From positions 1-10,134 of the forward strand of contig CAXGMD010000100.1 in NCBI GenBank assembly GCA_964010765.1: 10,134 nucleotides of DNA, given 5' to 3'. Positions 1 to 6,955 of the stretch are shown here, piece after piece. The position numbers were made by a program, and so were the translations under genes. Under the pieces are notes generated by a model that made no database searches, was not told where the DNA came from, and saw only the letters and a program-made list of their open reading frames with translations. Position 1 is the stretch's first letter. Each line of letters opens with the position of its first letter. This DNA comes from an uncultured bacterium (GTDB lineage: Bacteria; SAR324; NAC60-12).

Positions 1-1
1 T

Positions 2-649
2 GGAAAGCCGAAAGGAGTTGAGATCCGGAACGGAGAGCGAGTTGGTTTCAATACTCTAGTCTATTCTGAGTCTGAAATTCGACGAATTGCCAAGGTCGGC
101 TTTGAGACTGCGCAGAAACGTAGCGGCCGACTGACATCCGTAGACAAGGCCAATGTGCTTGAGGCCACAGAACTATGGCGAAACGTCGTTCAGGAAGTTC
201 ACAATGACTATCCAGACATAGAGCTGAGCCATATGTATGTTGATAACGCTGCCATGCAATTGATTAGAGCACCAAAGCAATTCGATACGATTGTGACCAC
301 CAACATGTTTGGCGACATTTTAAGTGACGCGGCTGCAATGATCACTGGCTCAATTGGCATGCTCCCATCTGCAAGTCTTGGAGGAAAAGTTGGCCTTTAT
401 GAGCCTGTGCATGGTTCAGCACCAGATATCGCTGGGCAAGATTTGGCAAATCCACTTGCAACAATCCTTTCTATAGGGATGCTTTTTCGATACTCCCTTG
501 ACCTTCGCGAGGCAGATGAACTGATTCAAAAAGCGGTTAAAACCACGATCAAAACCTACCGGACTGCTGACATCATGGCAGAAGGAAAAACAAGCGTTGG
601 TTGTAAGAGAATGGGAGAGGAAGTTATCAAAAACTTAGAACAGATCTAA
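2..649 (+). CDS. leuB: 3-isopropylmalate dehydrogenase, 5'-truncated by the window edge
   Basis: The frame is open from nt 2 ([54 protein letters not shown]...), so the ORF-track GTG at 155 is internal. It carries the LeuB motifs [26 protein letters not shown] and [14 protein letters not shown]. Stop TAA at 647-649. Confidence 0.96.
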   Translation, partial: GKPKGVEIRNGERVGFNTLVYSESEIRRIAKVGFETAQKRSGRLTSVDKANVLEATELWRNVVQEVHNDYPDIELSHMYVDNAAMQLIRAPKQFDTIVTTNMFGDILSDAAAMITGSIGMLPSASLGGKVGLYEPVHGSAPDIAGQDLANPLATILSIGMLFRYSLDLREADELIQKAVKTTIKTYRTADIMAEGKTSVGCKRMGEEVIKNLEQI

Positions 650-675
650 TTTTCCAACATCACATTAGATTAAAA

Positions 676-710
676 CCTGTGCATTACTGACTTGGCTTAG
701 GAGGCACAGG
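676..710. other. Intergenic stem-loop between leuB and the channel gene (terminator-like on the - strand, or a leader structure)
   Basis: CCTGTGC (676-682) and GCACAGG (704-710) are a perfect 7-bp inverted repeat, with possible inner pairing CTGA (687-690)/TTAG (697-700). AAAA at 672-675 gives a U4 tail only on the - strand. Confidence 0.45.
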
Positions 711-748
711 AACTCCCAAAGATTCTTACCATCTATCAATAACAAAAC

Positions 749-2713
749 ATGTCGCAAAATCGCTACAGCTGGGATGAGCGTTTCCGATATTGGCTAGACA
801 GCTTCATGTCCAAAGGTGGAACATCCGTTTTCCTATCCCTCTTGTTTTTATTTTTTGTAGCTTTTGTAGTGATGGGAACGCTTCGTTTTGTTGTGTTCCT
901 TATTTTTCCTGATGAAACAATTGAAGAAGGGACATTTCTTCTGTGGCACGCTTTCTTTCAGATTATCGATTCTGGCTCCCTAGCAGAATTAGATGCAGGT
1001 TCGAACTTTCCTGGAAAGCTTGTCGCGATCGTAACAATCTTCATAGGCTTGATTCTATTTTCGAGCATGGTGGCATTCATCACTCAAGAATTTGAAAATC
1101 GCATATCCACTTTGAAGAAAGGTAAGAGCCAAGTTCTTGAGGAAGATCATGTCCTGATTGTTGGCTTTAGTGAGAGAGTGATTGAAATCGTTAAAGAATT
1201 GATTGTAGCCAATGAATCAGACTCTGGGGTGGTGGTAATCGTCGCGGAGAAGGACAAAGAGGCGATGGATGACTATCTTCGGGATTCTATCCAAGACTTC
1301 AAAACTACCAAAATCATTACGAGAAGTGGTTCCACCACTAGCATCAGAAACCTCAAAGGGGTTGGCATTCAGCATGCCCACTCAGTGGTCGTCCTCAATA
1401 ATGCAAAGTCTTCAGACAGCAACGAAACAAAGGAATTGGCCGATGCGAGAGTTATTAAGACCATCATGGCAGTAGTCGCTGCAAAGGGGGAGGAAACCCC
1501 GCCTGTCATTGCTGAAATTTATATTGAGCGCTACCGACTTCTCGCAGAAACGATCGTACAAGGTAAAGTTACGACAATGAATGAGGCTGACATTCTTGCA
1601 CGGATGTTGGTGCAGACCTCACGTAACAAAGGTCTGGCGATGGTATATGCAGATCTAGTCGGCTTTGAAGGCAATGAATTTTATTTTTTCAAACCTGACG
1701 AGGGATGGAACGGCGTAAACTTCGGTGACCTTCAATTCCAATTTATGGAAAGTGTACCTCTGGGATTATGTCTTCCAACTGGTGAGATTTTGCTGAATCC
1801 ACCCCGAGAACGTATTCTCCAAGAAGAAGATCAAATCGTTGTTCTGGCAGAAGATGATTCAACTATAAACTTCTCATCTGAAAGAGTTTTTGAACCTAAA
1901 GTTCACCCTTACAGTAATCTAAGAAAGATAATTCCAGAAGAGCATCACCTGATTGTGGGGTGGAATAATAAGGCGCCAATTGTACTTAGTGAATACGCAG
2001 GCTACATGGCACCTGGGTCCTCTGTCGACCTACTAATCGAAGCGAACGCAGATCCTGAAATTCGCAAAGACTTTGAGAAAATTGCTAGTCAATTCCCAGA
2101 TGTTCAAATGAACTTTAATGAGATCGATTTTCAGTCAGAGGAAGAGCTCGACAACCTAGGACTACCTGGCTATACAACCGTCTCAATCTTGGCAGGAAGT
2201 GGGGATGAGGCTGAAGAGATTGACGCCCGAACTATTATGCGTCTCCTGCAGATACGTAACATTTTCAAAGAAGCTGAAAAAAGTAGTGGTGTTCCCACAG
2301 AAACCAAATTGATTAGTGAAATCGTCAACTCTGAAAATACTGAGCTGATTGTTCAAGTTGGCGTAAAGGACTTTTTAATATCCAACCAGTTTGTCTCAAG
2401 AATCTTTGCCCAAGTAGCTCTCGAAAAAGACGTAATGCATGTCTATGATGATCTTTTCCAAAAGGAAGGGAGCGAGATTTATATCAAGCCCATAGACCTT
2501 TATTTCGTGCAGTCCGAGGGTCTGAATGTCACTTTTGCAGACTGCGTATTGGCAGCTCAACAGAGGGATGAGGTGTGCTTTGGAATCAAGCTGGGGCGAC
2601 AGGAAACCGAGATAGAACACAATTTCGGCATTTATATCATCCCACCAAAGGATAGACACTACACTTTAAGAGATGATGATGCGCTAATTGTCCTAGCTGA
2701 AGAAGAGAATTAA
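749..2713 (+). CDS. CASTOR/POLLUX/DMI1(SYM8)-family cation channel: TM-pore-TM module plus two RCK-like domains
   Basis: 654 aa. Hydrophobic helix (VFLSLLFLFFVAFVVMGTL), pore helix and filter WHAFFQIIDSGSL, inner helix LVAIVTIFIGLILFSSMVAFIT, linker LKKGKSQVLEEDHVLIVG, then RSGS, LVGFEGNEFYF, second RCK start HHLIVGWN, GSEIYIKP and C-terminal DDALIVLAE. All resemble motifs I recall from plant CASTOR/POLLUX. Confidence 0.85.
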   Translation: MSQNRYSWDERFRYWLDSFMSKGGTSVFLSLLFLFFVAFVVMGTLRFVVFLIFPDETIEEGTFLLWHAFFQIIDSGSLAELDAGSNFPGKLVAIVTIFIGLILFSSMVAFITQEFENRISTLKKGKSQVLEEDHVLIVGFSERVIEIVKELIVANESDSGVVVIVAEKDKEAMDDYLRDSIQDFKTTKIITRSGSTTSIRNLKGVGIQHAHSVVVLNNAKSSDSNETKELADARVIKTIMAVVAAKGEETPPVIAEIYIERYRLLAETIVQGKVTTMNEADILARMLVQTSRNKGLAMVYADLVGFEGNEFYFFKPDEGWNGVNFGDLQFQFMESVPLGLCLPTGEILLNPPRERILQEEDQIVVLAEDDSTINFSSERVFEPKVHPYSNLRKIIPEEHHLIVGWNNKAPIVLSEYAGYMAPGSSVDLLIEANADPEIRKDFEKIASQFPDVQMNFNEIDFQSEEELDNLGLPGYTTVSILAGSGDEAEEIDARTIMRLLQIRNIFKEAEKSSGVPTETKLISEIVNSENTELIVQVGVKDFLISNQFVSRIFAQVALEKDVMHVYDDLFQKEGSEIYIKPIDLYFVQSEGLNVTFADCVLAAQQRDEVCFGIKLGRQETEIEHNFGIYIIPPKDRHYTLRDDDALIVLAEEEN

Positions 2714-2716
2714 ACC

Positions 2717-3829
2717 CTAGAACCGTGCGCTCAGTCCCATGTTGAGAAGATACTGATTGAACGCCCCAGCATTTACCTTCCAGTTTTGAAACGCCCCCAA
2801 TGCATGGATTCTGAGACGCTCGTCTGTTGTAGGGTAAACCTCGAAACCCGCGCTGATTTCGTTACGGTAATCCAGAAAAGCACTATTCAATCTTGATTCA
2901 GAAACCATATCATAGGTCCACTTGGCAAATGGAATTGGGCTTTGAACAGGTTTGGTTTTTGGATCAATACGATATTCCAAGGCAACCGTGCTTGCCTCCC
3001 TTTCAATCGATTTATTTGCTGGGGAAATTCCATAATAACTACCATGAATCAAATCTAGATCCAGATACGCTTCTGCAAAATTGAGCCTGGTTCCTGCGGA
3101 AATCAATTGCTCTGGCACTAAACATTTCAAGTCACTGCAAGAATCAACTGGCTTTTCACTCTTCTTCGGGAAGAAACCCACCTGCAATGTAGGTTCAAGC
3201 AGACCGGATCCCAGCACACCATACCAAGCGGCGTTGTATCCAAGGTTTTGATCACTTTTGCCATTGCCTTGAGGCTGATTGACAAGTTGGAGCACTCCAT
3301 ATTGCGGGACTTCATTTCCTCGGAATCTGAATTCCTGAATCAACCCAAGCCCAACTTCATACAAGTCTTGAATTCTCTCTCCCTGGATTGAATAGCGGTA
3401 CACGTCCAAACCATTATTCATCCCCTCTCGACCACCCTGCAAAACGAATTGCTTACCGATTTTCAAATCGAGATCAGTCCCAACACGATATTCTACAAAA
3501 AAGTACTCCAGACTACTTTGGGTACCATCGGCGTGGCCAGATTCATCGAGATTTGCATCTAGGCTTAGTCGGAGACGATAGCTAAATGCTTCACCTAGTC
3601 CCCCCCTAACATTCACGTTGCCCCGATCTAGGCGAAAGCCCAATCGAGTTTGTTCTTTACCATCGTCAAACTTCAGTGTTTTTGCGTCGTATTCTGCATC
3701 CTGAGTCTGTATCTGGAAACTAGTTCTGAATTCAAGATCTACTTCTGGATAATCTTGAGCATAAATTTGTTGGAAAAAACCCCAGATCAGAAAGATAGAA
3801 ATTTGTGAGTAAATTATTGAACGAAACAT
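2717..3829 (-). CDS. Outer-membrane beta-barrel protein, porin-like (resembles the OprO/OprP phosphate-selective porin superfamily)
   Basis: 370 aa. Signal-peptide-like N-terminus ending IYA|QD, amphipathic beta-strand pattern, segments FRLDRGNVNVRG, LEYFFVEY and LKIGKQ, and a C-terminal beta-signal YLLNMGLSARF ending in Phe. SD GAGGAG lies 5 nt before the ATG. The substrate cannot be determined. Confidence 0.7.
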   Translation of the reverse strand: MFRSIIYSQISIFLIWGFFQQIYAQDYPEVDLEFRTSFQIQTQDAEYDAKTLKFDDGKEQTRLGFRLDRGNVNVRGGLGEAFSYRLRLSLDANLDESGHADGTQSSLEYFFVEYRVGTDLDLKIGKQFVLQGGREGMNNGLDVYRYSIQGERIQDLYEVGLGLIQEFRFRGNEVPQYGVLQLVNQPQGNGKSDQNLGYNAAWYGVLGSGLLEPTLQVGFFPKKSEKPVDSCSDLKCLVPEQLISAGTRLNFAEAYLDLDLIHGSYYGISPANKSIEREASTVALEYRIDPKTKPVQSPIPFAKWTYDMVSESRLNSAFLDYRNEISAGFEVYPTTDERLRIHALGAFQNWKVNAGAFNQYLLNMGLSARF

Positions 3830-3834
3830 TCTTG

Positions 3835-3840
3835 CTCCTC
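3835..3840 (-). promoter_or_regulatory. Shine-Dalgarno site of the porin-like gene
   Basis: CTCCTC on + reads GAGGAG on -, 5 nt upstream of ATG 3829. Confidence 0.75.
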
Positions 3841-3884
3841 AAAAAAAATGTATAGATAGATTCAAACTCAATGTTTTTTTTTAT

Positions 3885-5309
3885 TCAGTGATCAAAATCT
3901 TGAACTCTTGTTGAATAGGACTCTTCAAACCGTTCCACATCATCAAAACCGAGGTATTCACCTTGTTGAATTTCAAGTACCTGAAGCGAGATTTTGCCTG
4001 AGTTACTCAGGCGGTGGGTGACGGTTCTAGGAATATGGATCGACTCATTTTCTGACAGTATGTGGGTTTCCTGACCACGAATAACGTCAGCAGCCCCACG
4101 AACAATCACCCAATGCTCACTTCGATGTCGATGGCGCTGGCTGGATATGTATCTCCCCGGTTCTATTTCAAGAAGCCTCACACGATAAACACTGTTCTCA
4201 AGCAGTGTGGTGGCACTGCCCCAAGGCCTCAATACTCTTGTGTGGAACTTATACTCATGCCGATCACTCTCTTTCAGAGTGTCCACCAGATGCTTCACGT
4301 CTTGAGAACGGGATAAATCACAGACAAGGAGTGCATCATCCGTTTCTACGATGATCAGATTCTCCACTCCAATACTTGTGACTAGTTTTTTTGTGCTGAA
4401 GATCAAAGAATTGCTGGTCTCATGGGAAATAACGTTTCCACGGAGGACATTCCCGTTCTCATCTTTTTCAGAAACTTGGTAGATGCTCTCCCAACTTCCA
4501 AGATCACTCCACCCCATTTCAACAGGAAGCACGGTTACGTGGTTGGACCGTTCCATTACGGCATAATCGACCGAAATGTTGGGAGACTTTTCAAAAAGTT
4601 TGCTGACCTCTTCATCATTCAGCAAATCTGTGGAAGGCTCCTCTTCAAGGAATAATTTCGCCAATTCAGGAGCACAACTGGCAAATTCCTGCTTCCAGGT
4701 ACGGACTGAAGCCATGAAAATGCCTGCATTCCAAGTATATTGCGAGGAAGCAACAAACTTTTCGGCTCTCTCCTGGCTCGGCTTTTCCAGAAATTTCTCA
4801 ACTTTGAAGCCTGGCCCACAAGGTTCACCCGCACAGATATAACCATAGCCCGTTTCAGGACGATCCGGCTTAATCCCAAAGGTTACTATGAAACCTTCGT
4901 CTGCGAGTTGCTGAGCTTGAAGAAGAGCTTCTTGGAAGCGATCTGGAGCTTGAATGAGATGGTCTGCTGCAAGAATCACTACCGGCTCATCAGCTTCCAC
5001 ATTCTTCAATGTTGATATACCCCAGAGCAGTGCAGGCGCAGTATTCTTGGCTTGTGGTTCCAGCAATACTTGATGCGCTTTCAGATTCGGAATCACCTGC
5101 TCCATTTGCTGTCGTAGTTCAAACTCATGGGTGGCAGAACCGATGACAACAATCTTCTCAGGGGGAACAATGGGATCAAGTCTTCGACAAGTGTCTTGAA
5201 GAAGAGACTCGTGGGATGATCCCAAGTTCAGAAACTGCTTCGGACTCATTGTTCGACTGTAGGGCCAAAGCCGAGTTCCACTTCCCCCTGCCAGTATCAT
5301 GGCAATCAT
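3885..5309 (-). CDS. manC: Mannose-1-phosphate guanylyltransferase / mannose-6-phosphate isomerase (type II PMI, ManC/AlgA/XanB family)
   Basis: 474 aa. ILAGGSGTRLWP..R...PKQFL, LLEPQAKNTAPA, ADHLI, TFGIKP..PETGYGYI, FLEKP, WNAGIF, ISVDYAVME, GWSDLGSW, and a C-terminal cupin RPWG...QRHRHRSEHW. Confidence 0.93.
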   Translation of the reverse strand: MIAMILAGGSGTRLWPYSRTMSPKQFLNLGSSHESLLQDTCRRLDPIVPPEKIVVIGSATHEFELRQQMEQVIPNLKAHQVLLEPQAKNTAPALLWGISTLKNVEADEPVVILAADHLIQAPDRFQEALLQAQQLADEGFIVTFGIKPDRPETGYGYICAGEPCGPGFKVEKFLEKPSQERAEKFVASSQYTWNAGIFMASVRTWKQEFASCAPELAKLFLEEEPSTDLLNDEEVSKLFEKSPNISVDYAVMERSNHVTVLPVEMGWSDLGSWESIYQVSEKDENGNVLRGNVISHETSNSLIFSTKKLVTSIGVENLIIVETDDALLVCDLSRSQDVKHLVDTLKESDRHEYKFHTRVLRPWGSATTLLENSVYRVRLLEIEPGRYISSQRHRHRSEHWVIVRGAADVIRGQETHILSENESIHIPRTVTHRLSNSGKISLQVLEIQQGEYLGFDDVERFEESYSTRVQDFDH

Positions 5310-5316
5310 TCAGACA

Positions 5317-5321
5317 CTCCT
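5317..5321 (-). promoter_or_regulatory. Shine-Dalgarno site of manC
   Basis: CTCCT on + reads AGGAG on -, 7 nt upstream of ATG 5309. Confidence 0.75.
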
Positions 5322-5398
5322 GAGGCTGATTTTCTTGAAATGCGCTTGATTCTGCAAAAATTGTGGCAGGCAATATAGGACACTATTTTCCATCAACT

Positions 5399-5420
5399 AA
5401 GTTTTGAAAAATGAAAACTT
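5399..5420. promoter_or_regulatory. Candidate operator palindrome in the divergent manC/oxidoreductase intergenic region
   Basis: AAGTTTT (5399-5405)-N8-AAAACTT (5414-5420) is a perfect dyad 30 nt upstream of ATG 5451. It is AT-rich, so chance is possible. Confidence 0.3.
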
Positions 5421-5450
5421 CCAAAACCATCACTCAACAAGGATTACGCT

Positions 5451-6416
5451 ATGGATCATTTTGAGATAGCAATTGTCGGCGCCGGTATTTCAGGTTTGAT
5501 GGCGGCAACTTACCTAGCCGAAAAAGGCAAAAACTCGGTTCTTTTCGATAAAGGAAGAGGACCTGGTGGTAGAATGAGTACCAGGCGTTTTAGCGAATTC
5601 AGACTGGATCACGGTGCCCAATTTTTTACAGTTCGCGATCCTCGTTTCGAGAAGTATGTCCAGAGTTGGGAGAAAGCTGGGGTAGCAAAAATTTGGTGCA
5701 AGGGGTTTTCTGGTACAGGTGATGGCCATCCAAGATTTCGCGGCACTGAAGGAATGAACTCCATACCAAAATGGCTGGCTGGTCAACTTGATGTCAGAAC
5801 AGGCCACAAAGTGAAATCTGTCCGATTCGTCAATCAATCCTGGCATTTAGATTTTGAAGAATCCCCCAGTGTGTCTGCAGATCAACTCTTGATGACTTCT
5901 CCAGTGCCCCAAACGATTGCTCTTCTGGAAGCTGGGAGGATAGAACTTTCAACTTCTACCAAGAACTACCTTAGTTTGATTTCTTATGATCCATGCATTG
6001 CGATGATGGTTCTCCCCAAAGATCCTTTATCTATGCCGGAACATGGAGGATGGCAAATCAATGAAGAGCCACTGCAATTTGTTGCGGACAATCAGCTCAA
6101 GGGGCTTCCAAATCCAGGGCAAGCCTTAACTTTTCACTTAGGCCCCCAAGCAAGTACTGAACATTGGGAAAGTGAGCCAGAAAAGCTGATTGAGTTAGTT
6201 AGAGGAGAGCTGAGAGAAAGAGGTAAAGAGCTTGATATCAAGGACATTCAAATACACCGCTGGCGCTACAGCCAGCCAGCTAGACTTCACGATGAGTCGT
6301 TTCTAGTGGCCGAGGGTGTCCCGAATTTAGTTTTTGCAGGAGACGCTTTTGCGGGACCAAAGATTGAAGGAGCCGCTCTATCTGGCTTATCAGCTGCTCA
6401 GGCTATGATCGCCTGA
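5451..6416 (+). CDS. Renalase-like NAD(P)/FAD-dependent oxidoreductase
   Basis: 321 aa. Dinucleotide-binding IAIVGAGISG, then DKGRGPGGRMSTRR, DHGAQFFT, HRWRYSQP and C-terminal AGD...GPKIEGAALSG, the motif set of bacterial renalase homologues. SD AAGGA at 5439-5443. Confidence 0.85.
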   Translation: MDHFEIAIVGAGISGLMAATYLAEKGKNSVLFDKGRGPGGRMSTRRFSEFRLDHGAQFFTVRDPRFEKYVQSWEKAGVAKIWCKGFSGTGDGHPRFRGTEGMNSIPKWLAGQLDVRTGHKVKSVRFVNQSWHLDFEESPSVSADQLLMTSPVPQTIALLEAGRIELSTSTKNYLSLISYDPCIAMMVLPKDPLSMPEHGGWQINEEPLQFVADNQLKGLPNPGQALTFHLGPQASTEHWESEPEKLIELVRGELRERGKELDIKDIQIHRWRYSQPARLHDESFLVAEGVPNLVFAGDAFAGPKIEGAALSGLSAAQAMIA

Positions 6417-6419
6417 GCA
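6395..6419. terminator. GC-rich hairpin over the oxidoreductase stop codon, candidate terminator between convergent genes
   Basis: TGCTCAGGC (6395-6403)-TATGATC-GCCTGAGCA (6411-6419) is a perfect 9-bp stem with a 7-nt loop. Neither strand has a clear U-tract. Confidence 0.4.
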
Positions 6420-6460
6420 ATTCTAGCTCATCAGAACCGATTAAAAACTGATAATACAAT

Positions 6461-6940
6461 TCAATTGTTCTGTGCCGGGGCTGACTCGGTAGGAGCAGCA
6501 TTTTGAGGATTATCCACCTTCTGCGGAGGACCCGTTGAAGGTGCTAGGGCTGGGGCTGCCGTTTGCTCTAGATCTTGAGATGGAAATTCCTGTTCATTTG
6601 GAGGAATAACTACTCCATCAGCTGGGATTTGTATTTCAGTAGCAGGAGAAAGAGGTTCCTCAACTCCCGGAACGATTGGAACTGCTTTAATATCCCGAAC
6701 AACGGATTCTCTAGCTTTCTCGGAAGAGAGTAACGCCAAAACTAGAGAAGTTAGCATGAACAGAACAGCAACCACTGTAGTTGCTTTGCCAATTCCACTC
6801 ATTTCTGATCTAGTTGATTGCGATTGCCCTACCCCTCCAAATGCTGCGCCTAACTCAGCACCCCGCCCAGACTGCATTAGTACGAAGAAAATAATGAGCA
6901 AACAAACGAAGACATGAAGAATTAAAACCAAAGAAAACAT
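6461..6940 (-). CDS. secG: Preprotein translocase subunit SecG with a long Pro/Ala/Gln-rich C-terminal tail
   Basis: TM1 (LVLILHVFVCLLIIFFVLMQ), loop QSGRGAELGAAFGG and TM2 (KATTVVAVLFMLTSLVLALL). It lies 15 nt downstream of tpiA, a widely conserved gene order. Confidence 0.93.
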   Translation of the reverse strand: MFSLVLILHVFVCLLIIFFVLMQSGRGAELGAAFGGVGQSQSTRSEMSGIGKATTVVAVLFMLTSLVLALLSSEKARESVVRDIKAVPIVPGVEEPLSPATEIQIPADGVVIPPNEQEFPSQDLEQTAAPALAPSTGPPQKVDNPQNAAPTESAPAQNN

Positions 6941-6955
6941 GGGTATGAATCCTGA

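Noticed and set aside
6417..6460. tRNA-Leu that often follows tpiA-secG
   Set aside because: Only 44 nt separate the two stop codons, and no cloverleaf or T-loop motif is visible.
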